A stretch of DNA of 43,359 nucleotides from a virus (lineage: Duplodnaviria > Caudoviricetes): IMG/VR virus record IMGVR_UViG_3300033067_000144, positions 1 to 43,359 of that record; one strand, written 5' to 3'. The position numbers and the translations under genes were made by a program. The notes under the pieces are model-generated. The model did no database searches. It had not been told where the DNA came from and saw only the letters and a program-made list of their open reading frames with translations. Within the stretch, counting starts at the first letter, position 1. The number at the start of each line of letters is the position of its first letter. This document shows positions 16,315 to 24,790 of this stretch, in pieces.

Positions 16315-17646
16315 TTATTCAAGTTGCAAGTGGTCACAGGCAAAGCGCGAACCGATGCTGGCGCTCGAGACCGACGCAGCGTTGCTCCAATCCGACGACC
16401 GCGAACCGGAGGCCGCCGCGCTGCCCCAGCCGCCGCCGAGGCCGACCGCATTAGGTGCGTTGTACTCTGAGCCGCGACCTTCGGTGTTTGCATTCCAGCT
16501 TGCACCTGCGTATGGTCCCGCACGTTCACGGCCCCAAATCCACAAAACGCCTGTGGCTTGGATTAAACCCCATTTTGAGGTGTAAACCGAGTTCAAGATC
16601 GTATTATTTTGATCGGTGCCGATACTTGACGCCTCGGTGGTACCGTAAGCCGCCGACATGAATTCTTGCTGTGTGGGGCAACGCTTGCCGAATGCGGTCG
16701 CCAATTCCATAGCTTCGAACCATGTGTAGCTACCGTAGGTGGTCGAACCATTGCCGCCAAACATGGTCGGCACCTTGGGAGGGCTTGCGCCATCTGCCAT
16801 GGTGACGTTGTACTTTGATGAGCCATTTGTGATGGCATCCACGCCAGTCAAATAAATGTCCATCCAGTAGCCGCCAGCGATCAATGCCATGCCGCGAGGG
16901 TCAGGGCATGCAGGGCGAAACTTCACGTCATAGAAGCTGTATTCGTTGATTTGTGGCGTGGTATTGCCGCCAGTTTGCGCGGTGGCATTGCCGCCAGGTG
17001 CGTAATGAAAACCGCCGATTCGACGGGCGCCCGTCACGGGTGGTGACACAAAGCTTGCAGTGGCTTCAAGAGTGCCGTCAGGCTTGGCCCAAATGGCGTA
17101 ATCCGTACCCACTGTGGGTGTCGGCATGGTCACTGCGGTACCGGATGCAATTGTCAGCACCTTACCATTGACTGCCAAAGTGATGGCTTGCGATGTGGAC
17201 ACAGTGAATGCGCCAGTTTTGGTGAACACCACGCTTGACGCGTCGGCACGATAAAACAGCCCCGCGCTACCGCCGATCAGTGTGGCCCATTTGGTCGTAT
17301 CGGTTGGCAATGCGGTGTTGGCGTCAGCCAGTGACACGTAAATTTGGCCGCTGTAGCGCACCAATGCGTTGGCCGAATAGCTGTAGGCAGTACCGCCATT
17401 CAGCGCCGAAGTGATGTAATCCGGCACGCCTTGGCTTTGCAATTCAGCAATCGCCTTGGTAATGTCGTTGAGCACCGAATTGAGCTTGTCGCGTTCGATG
17501 TTTTTTGCGGCAGGGTCGGTCTTTTGACGTTGGTAGTCAAAGCCGTAGCCTTGGGTGTAACTCACGTTGCCGTTGGTGTCCACTGCGTCAGGCACTGCAG
17601 TCTTGTCGCCACTGGTGGCAAAGGGGACTTTGAAAAATTTATCCAT
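16315..17646 (-). CDS. mtd: tail fibre / receptor-binding protein, Mtd-like C-type-lectin-fold DGR target (443 aa)
   Basis: GTDYAI, GGFHYAPG, QINEYS, DPRGM, SKYNVT.ADG, TSKWG and CDHL.LE match BPP-1 Mtd as recalled. The N-terminus is a myovirus fibre anchor. ATG at 17646. Confidence 0.93.
   Translation of the reverse strand: MDKFFKVPFATSGDKTAVPDAVDTNGNVSYTQGYGFDYQRQKTDPAAKNIERDKLNSVLNDITKAIAELQSQGVPDYITSALNGGTAYSYSANALVRYSGQIYVSLADANTALPTDTTKWATLIGGSAGLFYRADASSVVFTKTGAFTVSTSQAITLAVNGKVLTIASGTAVTMPTPTVGTDYAIWAKPDGTLEATASFVSPPVTGARRIGGFHYAPGGNATAQTGGNTTPQINEYSFYDVKFRPACPDPRGMALIAGGYWMDIYLTGVDAITNGSSKYNVTMADGASPPKVPTMFGGNGSTTYGSYTWFEAMELATAFGKRCPTQQEFMSAAYGTTEASSIGTDQNNTILNSVYTSKWGLIQATGVLWIWGRERAGPYAGASWNANTEGRGSEYNAPNAVGLGGGWGSAAASGSRSSDWSNAASVSSASIGSRFACDHLQLE
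16330..16449 (-). repeat. DGR variable repeat (VR); IMH at about 16320-16340
   Basis: 18 mismatches to TR in 120 bp, 17 at TR adenines; lies at the extreme 3' end of the fibre gene. Confidence 0.97.
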
Positions 17647-18292
17647 GGTAGAAATTCCCGTTGTTGAAGTTTTCGCGGTAACGACCAAAGCCCCAGCCGT
17701 CAGCCTCGCCGATGATGACGTAGTCTATACGAACCCCCGCGGGGCGTGGGAGCAAGTCGTATTCTGTAAGAATCAATTCAAGCGCCGAGCCCAATGGGAA
17801 CTCGAACACATATCGCGCATTCATGGCAAAGCCATCGTTGACCCACGCCACACCAAGCGGCTCAAATAGGTAGGCGAAGAATTTGTTGATTTCGGTTACC
17901 GTGCCAGTGTTTACCAATTGAAAATACCGCAAACGCAAGATCAAGCGCTTTTGCTCCGTGGTCAATTCGGCGCCCGAAGTGCTGGCAAAGTTGCCGTTGC
18001 CGAAGTTTTGACGGTATGCGCCAAATCCCCAAATAGGTTTGTCGCTGGCATCGTTTTGAGAGCTTACCGACAACGGCACGTCGAGAATAATCGCCCAAAC
18101 GCTCAGGCCGAAATCGTTGGCGGTGCGTAAATCGAACACGTCCGTGAGCCAATTTTCCCAAAACCCTTGCTGGTTCTCGTCATACCACGCCTGTTTGTTG
18201 CGCACCAGCGTTTCAAGGCGCGTGGCGTCATTATGCTGCCAAAGCAACGCCTTAAGCAAATTCACCGAGAAGTCAAAGGTTTGAATATTCAT
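17639..18292 (-). CDS. baseplate wedge protein (DUF2612-like)
   Basis: VFDLRTANDFGLSVWAIIL and LLPRPAGV; lies between baseplate J and the fibre. Confidence 0.8.
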   Translation of the reverse strand: MNIQTFDFSVNLLKALLWQHNDATRLETLVRNKQAWYDENQQGFWENWLTDVFDLRTANDFGLSVWAIILDVPLSVSSQNDASDKPIWGFGAYRQNFGNGNFASTSGAELTTEQKRLILRLRYFQLVNTGTVTEINKFFAYLFEPLGVAWVNDGFAMNARYVFEFPLGSALELILTEYDLLPRPAGVRIDYVIIGEADGWGFGRYRENFNNGNFYHG

Positions 18293-19485
18293 AGCACGGT
18301 CACCTCAATGTTGCCAATGACGATCGTGGCGATTTGATTGAGTGCAATGGCGATTTCGTTGGTGCTCCACGAAGTAACCGAGAGCAATGAAATTTCACAC
18401 TTTTGCACATAAATGCCGGGGTTTTGCTGGTTCACAGCGCCAGCCAGTTCAAAGGCTGACACGCTAGAACCCACAGTGAAGCCGGGTTCGCCATCAATCA
18501 GACCGGCGGCGAAATCAAGAATGGCTTTGCGCACAGCTGTTTGCACATCGATGAGCGCACTCAAGTTGCGCACAGTCAATCGGGCTTGCACCGGTACCGC
18601 AGTGGGGCGTGAAAACTTGACGTTATACGTTTGGCCGCTTGCGGGGTCTACAGTGTCCACGCTGGTCGTGCCGTTCCATCCGGCACCGAGGCTTTTGTGT
18701 TTGAGCAATGTGGCAGCCACGTCGGCGTCAGTGCCACCGTCCACGCACACATAGATTGAATGTGGCCCCAAGCTGATGCCGTCAATCGTGGCCGTGGCAC
18801 CCGTGGTGTTCTCACGGAATGTCAAGCTTTTGACGTTCAGGGTGTTGTATAAGCCGGAGGTGATCGATTCGGGCAAAGACACGTTTTGTGTGCTGAGGGT
18901 GTTTTTGCGGCGCAAACGCGAAGCCAAATCGGTTTCCTCATTGCGTCCGAGGGTCGCCGCTGTGGCGTTGACGATGCTGTCCCAACCCAACACCGCCGTG
19001 ACGATTTGGCTCAAAGCGTTGGTGTTGCACGCAATTGGCCCAGTGTCAGCCGCTTGGAAATCGACATACCCATTGCCCGTGTCATCAAGTGTGACCGCTG
19101 AAACGCTTGCAAAAATTGTGCCATCGGACAACGAAGCTTGCGAACCCGCTGGCACCACTGTGCCGGGCAAGCCGATCAGTTGCACGTTTGGCACCACCGA
19201 GTAGGTGGCAGCAATGCGCTGACCGCCCGTGAGTGCCCAAATCGCGTCAAGGAAAACACCCCCCGCCAAGTTGGGGTTGATTTGATTTGCCACGGCTGCG
19301 TTGTTGCGCACCACGTTTGATCGCGCTTCGGTTTCGGCAGTGATCAACACACCTTGGGGCGTGTTTGCCGTGACGACCAAGTCTTGACCAAGCGCGTCTT
19401 TGAATTCGGCTTGCACAGTCGATTGGATGGTGGATGTGTCGGGCACGATCACGCCCGTGGTATCGATGTAGGTGTAGTCAGCCAT
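18289..19485 (-). CDS. baseplate J-like wedge protein
   Basis: TPQGVLI, NPNLAGGVFLD and GRNEETD..R.RR motifs; gene order. Confidence 0.85.
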   Translation of the reverse strand: MADYTYIDTTGVIVPDTSTIQSTVQAEFKDALGQDLVVTANTPQGVLITAETEARSNVVRNNAAVANQINPNLAGGVFLDAIWALTGGQRIAATYSVVPNVQLIGLPGTVVPAGSQASLSDGTIFASVSAVTLDDTGNGYVDFQAADTGPIACNTNALSQIVTAVLGWDSIVNATAATLGRNEETDLASRLRRKNTLSTQNVSLPESITSGLYNTLNVKSLTFRENTTGATATIDGISLGPHSIYVCVDGGTDADVAATLLKHKSLGAGWNGTTSVDTVDPASGQTYNVKFSRPTAVPVQARLTVRNLSALIDVQTAVRKAILDFAAGLIDGEPGFTVGSSVSAFELAGAVNQQNPGIYVQKCEISLLSVTSWSTNEIAIALNQIATIVIGNIEVTVL

Positions 19486-19825
19486 TGATTGCTCCGGTAC
19501 CGTAGATTGTTTGAATTGTCGCTTGGTAGGTCAGTTTGTTGTCAGACGTGTAGATTTGCAAATCCGTGACGCTTTCAACGCCATCGACCGCCACAAGCGC
19601 TCGTCGCAAGTAGGCGTCAAACTGCAAAATGTTGGGTGCGCCATTCCAAACCTCTGCGAAGTTGGGGATGCCTTGATCTACCGCAAAGATCATTTCGCCA
19701 AGCTGAGTTTTGGCCGCATGCTCACACGCAAGAAGCACCGCATTTATGCCGGAACTGATCGACAGTGACCCGTTGGCACCGATGTAAATGTCGTTGTTTG
19801 TGTCGGTTGAAATTGTGATTGTCAT
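19478..19825 (-). CDS. baseplate wedge / sheath initiator (gp25/W-like)
   Basis: GE......GIP, VDGVESV and TIYG motifs; gene order. Confidence 0.7.
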   Translation of the reverse strand: MTITISTDTNNDIYIGANGSLSISSGINAVLLACEHAAKTQLGEMIFAVDQGIPNFAEVWNGAPNILQFDAYLRRALVAVDGVESVTDLQIYTSDNKLTYQATIQTIYGTGAING

Positions 19826-20529
19826 TACACGGGCCCACCTGATTGACCACCACCTGGCTGCACACCTGTGTGCTTGTGGCTGCCGAATGCGATACCGGCG
19901 ATTGTCGCACCGCCGCTCAAAGTTGATGCACCCGTGGCAGTCAGCGTGCCGTTGATGGTCACATTGGCATCGATGACCACGCCGCTCGGGCCTACCGTGA
20001 CGGCCAGTGCGCCAGCAGTCACCTTGACTTTGTCAGCGTGAACCGCGATTTTTACCGTGCCGGCCAAATTCTGCAACACCGCCGCGTCAGCGTCTTCGCC
20101 TGCCACGGTGAGCCCTGTCATCACATCGGGGATGAACACAGCATCTTGGAATGAATGCTTGCGCAGGGTGTTAGGCGCGTGGTCTGTGTAGCTTTGTGTG
20201 ATGAGCGAGATATCGCGGTCGTTCGCCTTGATCCACCCCAAGTCACCCGCTTTGAGGTTGAAGCTCAGAGCAAACCCGCCGCCGCCAAACCTGAATACAG
20301 GCACGCTGGCGATTTGCGCGCGGTCCACTTGTCGGTTGTCGGTTGTCAGCATCTTGACCATGGGCACCACCGTGGCGCGATTTGTAGCGCGGTCGTACGA
20401 CACCACACGGGCGGGGAGCATGTCGTCCACACCCATCAAGAACTTGTCCAAGATTTGCCGCGCCATGCCTAAAAGGCTGGCGTCATTCGCGGGGTCCCGC
20501 GAGGGTGGGGCGTGGTCTTCGGTTGCCAT
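19825..20529 (-). CDS. baseplate central spike (Gp138/gpV-like)
   Basis: PARVVSYD, VPV, GD.G, DRDI and RKHSFQDA, plus a C-terminal HKH metal-binding tip. Confidence 0.85.
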   Translation of the reverse strand: MATEDHAPPSRDPANDASLLGMARQILDKFLMGVDDMLPARVVSYDRATNRATVVPMVKMLTTDNRQVDRAQIASVPVFRFGGGGFALSFNLKAGDLGWIKANDRDISLITQSYTDHAPNTLRKHSFQDAVFIPDVMTGLTVAGEDADAAVLQNLAGTVKIAVHADKVKVTAGALAVTVGPSGVVIDANVTINGTLTATGASTLSGGATIAGIAFGSHKHTGVQPGGGQSGGPV

Positions 20530-20531
20530 GG

Positions 20532-21359
20532 TTATTTGGCCGAGCGCGTGGCTTCGGCAATGTAGTAGAACGGGGTGTCACGGTTTGCAAGCTCAAAAGT
20601 AAGCTTTGCCACAGTGTACGTGCCGTTGGCCGCAGGGTTCAATTGGCTGGTGATATTCAGGCCACCACCAAGCACAGTTTGATTGTCGAACAGCATCTTT
20701 ACCTTGATACCCTGTTCGGTGAACTCGGGAATGCCGATCATGCCCGTGTCAAGGTTGAGCTCGCGCGTGCGCTTTTCTAGCGGTTTGTTGTAGTCTTTGA
20801 CCACCAGTGTGGAATCGTCGATGTAGGCGTTCACGCGTCCCAAACTGCCCAATTGCTCGACTTGCTTGGCGGCACTGCCTGAATAACTGTAGTTGCTGAT
20901 TTGCTTGGGCTTGGCCTCAAACCGAAGCACGAGCCCCAAGTCCTTTGCCACCCGCGCAGCAATGTTTTCAAGGGGCGTGATGCCAGGCTGTGAACGGGCA
21001 ATGATCTCACCCTTGGCAAAGTCACCGGCGGCGGCTTTGAGCGTGAGCGTAACGTCCGGCGGTTGGCCGCCCACGGCATTGGTAATGTCGCCCGAGAACA
21101 ACAACGAATAGCCCGTGCTCACGCGCCCAGCTTCCACAATCAACAGCTTGCGCTTTTTGACTTTGGTGAAGGGGGACGTTTCGGTCAACAAATAGTCACG
21201 CGTGGATTTGTCGAGGTTGGTGATCTTGACCTCACACTCGTTTTGGTTGGCGTTGGCATACTTTGTGCCTGAGACGGACATTTGCAAACCTTCGTAGATT
21301 TTGAGCACTCCGTCGATCTCAATGCTGATGCGCAGTAAGCGTGGGTCTAGCGTGTCCAT
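20532..21359 (-). CDS. baseplate hub protein
   Basis: ITNL, EAG, FSGDI and TGMIGIP motifs; upstream of the spike. Confidence 0.75.
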   Translation of the reverse strand: MDTLDPRLLRISIEIDGVLKIYEGLQMSVSGTKYANANQNECEVKITNLDKSTRDYLLTETSPFTKVKKRKLLIVEAGRVSTGYSLLFSGDITNAVGGQPPDVTLTLKAAAGDFAKGEIIARSQPGITPLENIAARVAKDLGLVLRFEAKPKQISNYSYSGSAAKQVEQLGSLGRVNAYIDDSTLVVKDYNKPLEKRTRELNLDTGMIGIPEFTEQGIKVKMLFDNQTVLGGGLNITSQLNPAANGTYTVAKLTFELANRDTPFYYIAEATRSAK

Positions 21360-21362
21360 GCC

Positions 21363-21671
21363 TTACCCCCGAAGCGCGGCAATTTCGCTGGTGTTCAAGT
21401 AGACAAGGAATTGCGTCACGTTGAATTTGTCCCAATATGGCAAATCTTCGTTTTCCACCAACATGGCAAAGTTGCCGGACTCTTGGTATTTGTAGGGCAG
21501 CATGGGTGTGCCAGCCACCACGCGCACGTTCGATACAAGCGTCACACGGTCACGAACGATGGTGACTGACATGCACCCATTGGTTTCGCGCAACGTGAGG
21601 TCGTAGGCACGCTCATCGATCTGAATCGACAGCGTTTGATTGGGGACGGTGGCAATGCCAATATCGATCAT
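21363..21671 (-). CDS. small baseplate/virion protein
   Basis: VPNQTLSI motif; position in the baseplate module. Confidence 0.65.
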   Translation of the reverse strand: MIDIGIATVPNQTLSIQIDERAYDLTLRETNGCMSVTIVRDRVTLVSNVRVVAGTPMLPYKYQESGNFAMLVENEDLPYWDKFNVTQFLVYLNTSEIAALRG

Positions 21672-22264
21672 TTGAATAACCCCGACAAAATTGAGCTTTG
21701 TTTTTTGGACGCTTGTGGTTGTTGTTCGCCACGCTTGACCGTGTTGCTGTTGTTTGGCTGGGCCACCTTCAATGTTGAAAACTGCGGTGACACGAACTTG
21801 GCTTCTTTGAGCGAAAGCGCCAGCGCCACACCATCGTACATGTCGGGCGATTCGTCGTGCGGCATTTTTTCAATGATCATCGATGTGTACGAATCCACGC
21901 GGGTCTGCACTGTGAGCAATTCGCCGTTGATGAAAATGTCGCGGATTTGCTGATAGACCGAGCGGTAATCGCTGGACGCCAAGATCAGCGACAACTCTAC
22001 CGTGTTGGGCAAGATGATGCGGTGATCAATGATGCTGGCGCCGGTCTCAAGCGGGTGCGACATGGCTTGCGACGAGCGCATGACCGTGGCTTTGATGGCA
22101 CGCGCCTTGGCGAATACCTGCTGCAAATCCGACTCGCGCAAAACCGCCACCACGTCTTTCGCACCTGTGGCGAACCAGCCTTGTGCGGTGATCTGTGGCG
22201 GTAAGTAGGCTTCGAGCGAAAAATTCTTTAGCTCGGCAAACTTGGTAAAAATGTTGGTCGTCAT
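21668..22264 (-). CDS. tail tube initiator / Dit-like baseplate protein
   Basis: HPLETGASIIDH...P motif, directly after the tape measure gene. Confidence 0.7.
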   Translation of the reverse strand: MTTNIFTKFAELKNFSLEAYLPPQITAQGWFATGAKDVVAVLRESDLQQVFAKARAIKATVMRSSQAMSHPLETGASIIDHRIILPNTVELSLILASSDYRSVYQQIRDIFINGELLTVQTRVDSYTSMIIEKMPHDESPDMYDGVALALSLKEAKFVSPQFSTLKVAQPNNSNTVKRGEQQPQASKKQSSILSGLFK

Positions 22265-23787
22265 GCCAATAGCCCATCGTCAAAATTGTTGGCAGCCTGA
22301 CGCATTTGCGTTTCCATACTGCCGCCAATGGCCTTGCTGATACCTGCAGCATCTGTGGCTTGGGTCTTCACTTCGACTTTGCCCACGTTCACGCTGGTTG
22401 ACTTGCTCGACTTGCTGTTGCTGATGCTTGACGACGAGCTTGAGGCCATGGGCGTAGAACTGGCGGCACCAATCGAATCTTTACCCGCGGCAACGCCTTT
22501 GGCAGTGTCACCGCCAAAACCCAAAGCGCCCATTGCTGTGCTGAGTCCGGGGATCATGTTCAACAACGATTTGATGCCGTCCACAATCATGCTGAAAAAA
22601 TTAGAGAATGCGGCGGCGGGGTCGTCCCACATGGCGATCATGAAGTCCATCAATTGAACGCCGATATCCCACAATGCCTTGAATGCGTCACCAATGCTGC
22701 TGGCGATCTCGCCGATGATGGGCCAACGGTTGACCATTTCACCGATCATTGAATCACCGCCGTCGATGAAGTTCATGATATCGTCATAAACCAAAGCAAA
22801 TACCAAGCCAACAGCGGCAGCGGCAGCACCAACCGCCACGAATGGTGCGATCATTGCCCACACGGCCACAGCGCCGCTGATAGCGGCTGGCAACATGAAG
22901 TAGGCAATGGCAGAACCAATGGCAATGAACACACCTTCGATGAACTTGGAGTGATCCATAAGGTAGTCGGTGAACATGCGCACGTACTTGGTGGCGGTCT
23001 CCATGGCCTTGGTGAAGATGGGCATGGACGACATTTTGAATTTCTCAGAGATTTTGTCGATATACATCTTCAAAATGTCAAACTCGGTGCCCATGGCCTT
23101 GCTGGCCTTGGTGAATTCTTTGGAGCGCTTGGTGGCTTCTTCAAGGTTCAAGCCGCTGGCACGGCTCAGGTCGGTCACGCGCTTTTGCAAAGCCAGTGCG
23201 TCAGCCGTGAACATTTTGAGCGCTGGGCCGTCTAGGCCAAGCTTCTCAGTCAGCGCAATTCGCTTTTGCTCATCCATGGTGCCCATGATGCTGGCGAGTT
23301 CGCTCATCACATCGGTGGTCGAACGTGCCTTGCCGTTGGCGTCTGTCAGGGAAACCCCCAATTCTTTGAACGCCTTGCCGGTACCGTTGGTGTCTTTGAG
23401 GGCGTTTTGCATCACACCGTCAAGCGATTTGAGGCTTTCGGTGGCCTCGTCTTCACTCAGGCCAACCAACTTTGCCACATCGCTGAATTCTTGCATTGCT
23501 GTGGCTGTCGAGCGGAATTCGTCAGCCAGTTTCGATAGCGCTTGGTATGCCGCGACCGAATCTTTGACCCCTGCAATAAGGGCCCCAATCGACAAGCCCA
23601 CGCCCACAACGCCTGCGGTTTTGCCAATCAGCTCATAAAGCGCCGAACCAGCTTTGCCGCCCTCTTTGTCAACGTCTTTGAGCTTGTCGATTAGGGAGTC
23701 AGTTTTCTTCTCGGAGTGCTCTAAGCCCTTGTCGAGCTTAGAAGCATCCGCATCGAATAAAAAATAAAAGGAATCAAGGACGCTCAT
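22261..23787 (-). CDS. tail tape measure protein (508 aa)
   Basis: Ala/Gly-rich helical sequence with a hydrophobic stretch; follows the tail chaperones. Confidence 0.85.
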   Translation of the reverse strand: MSVLDSFYFLFDADASKLDKGLEHSEKKTDSLIDKLKDVDKEGGKAGSALYELIGKTAGVVGVGLSIGALIAGVKDSVAAYQALSKLADEFRSTATAMQEFSDVAKLVGLSEDEATESLKSLDGVMQNALKDTNGTGKAFKELGVSLTDANGKARSTTDVMSELASIMGTMDEQKRIALTEKLGLDGPALKMFTADALALQKRVTDLSRASGLNLEEATKRSKEFTKASKAMGTEFDILKMYIDKISEKFKMSSMPIFTKAMETATKYVRMFTDYLMDHSKFIEGVFIAIGSAIAYFMLPAAISGAVAVWAMIAPFVAVGAAAAAVGLVFALVYDDIMNFIDGGDSMIGEMVNRWPIIGEIASSIGDAFKALWDIGVQLMDFMIAMWDDPAAAFSNFFSMIVDGIKSLLNMIPGLSTAMGALGFGGDTAKGVAAGKDSIGAASSTPMASSSSSSISNSKSSKSTSVNVGKVEVKTQATDAAGISKAIGGSMETQMRQAANNFDDGLLA

Positions 23788-24020
23788 TTTTGTTTCTTCG
23801 CATGTTCGATTGCGAGGTGCTCATTCCAACGTGTGACCATGATGACCTCCCAAATGTTAAATGCGTCCTCGACGCTGTAGATGGTTCGCAGCTCGTTTAA
23901 GGTTGCTTTGCCTTCTGCGAGAATTGCCCCGATAAATCCGTCAATGTTTTTGAAAGAAACTGTTGGGCTTTCAGGGTGATAGCTTCTAAGAAAGTCGAGC
24001 CTTTCCCGTTCCCGAAAAAA
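23784..24020 (-). CDS. tail assembly chaperone extension (T-like), probably reached by -1 frameshift
   Basis: The -1 frame is open from the slippery T TTT TTC to ...GKATLNELRTIYSVEDAFNIWE...KKQK*. No ATG precedes this region in that frame. Confidence 0.6.
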   Translation of the reverse strand, partial: FFRERERLDFLRSYHPESPTVSFKNIDGFIGAILAEGKATLNELRTIYSVEDAFNIWEVIMVTRWNEHLAIEHAKKQK

Positions 24021-24325
24021 CTTACGTTGTACTCCATCATGGCGACTTCGACACGGGCCAAAGTTTCCCAATCAGGGCAATGGTTGTTCACCAATGCGCG
24101 TGTGGTCAACAGCAAAGGTGGGTTGCCGTCTTGCGGCACAGCCACGAACGCCATGAGCTTCAACATGGTTTCTTCGTTCACCGCGTAGTCCCCCAGCTTC
24201 GGCATGGCCGACAGGGGATACTTGGCGATGATTTCCCGACCTTGAATGGCTGGGAATTTTGACAAGATAAAGGTGCGGCTTTCGCCGCCCTGTGTCTCGA
24301 TGGTGATTTCTTTAGGTTGAATCAT
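23897..24325 (-). CDS. tail assembly chaperone (G-like)
   Basis: Lies between the tail tube and tape measure genes. Confidence 0.75.
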   Translation of the reverse strand: MIQPKEITIETQGGESRTFILSKFPAIQGREIIAKYPLSAMPKLGDYAVNEETMLKLMAFVAVPQDGNPPLLLTTRALVNNHCPDWETLARVEVAMMEYNVSFFGNGKGSTFLEAITLKAQQFLSKTLTDLSGQFSQKAKQP

Positions 24326-24327
24326 TT

Positions 24328-24774
24328 TTAAGTACGGTTCAAGTTTTCGAAAGCGAATTGGTAAACCTTGGACTTCAAGCGGCCAGCGTTTGAAGGGCTG
24401 TTGGCTGGCATACCGTCAGTGATCACGCCTTGCGTGAATGACGCTGTGCGACCGTCAGGGTACACGCAAGTGATGGACACCACATCGCGTGCGCCGCGCT
24501 TGCCCTTGCCCACGCGGTTGGCTTCGAAAAGCACCGACAGGTTGCGGTCATCTTCGCTGTTTGGCACCAAAGCCAATGACACGAGGATGGGGTTAGCTTT
24601 GGACCACGTGATGAGGTCACCATTGATGCCCATGGCCTTGTCACGAATCTGCAAGGTTGGGCTGTCGAATGGGTCGGCGTCATCCGCGAATTGTGTCAGG
24701 CTGATGCCCGTGGGAAAGGTTTGTGAGGCGGCAAGTTGTACCTTGAGGCCAAATGCACTGATATCGTGTGACAT
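24328..24774 (-). CDS. tail tube protein
   Basis: TQFADDADPFD motif; 148 aa; directly after the sheath. Confidence 0.8.
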   Translation of the reverse strand: MSHDISAFGLKVQLAASQTFPTGISLTQFADDADPFDSPTLQIRDKAMGINGDLITWSKANPILVSLALVPNSEDDRNLSVLFEANRVGKGKRGARDVVSITCVYPDGRTASFTQGVITDGMPANSPSNAGRLKSKVYQFAFENLNRT

Positions 24775-24790
24775 GCTGTTTTCTCCAAAA

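Larger units (their letters stand above)
14656..16449 (-). mobile_element. diversity-generating retroelement cassette (VR-IMH-hairpin-avd-TR-spacer-RT), BPP-1 type
   Basis: All components are present in BPP-1 order, with adenine-specific TR/VR differences. Confidence 0.97.
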
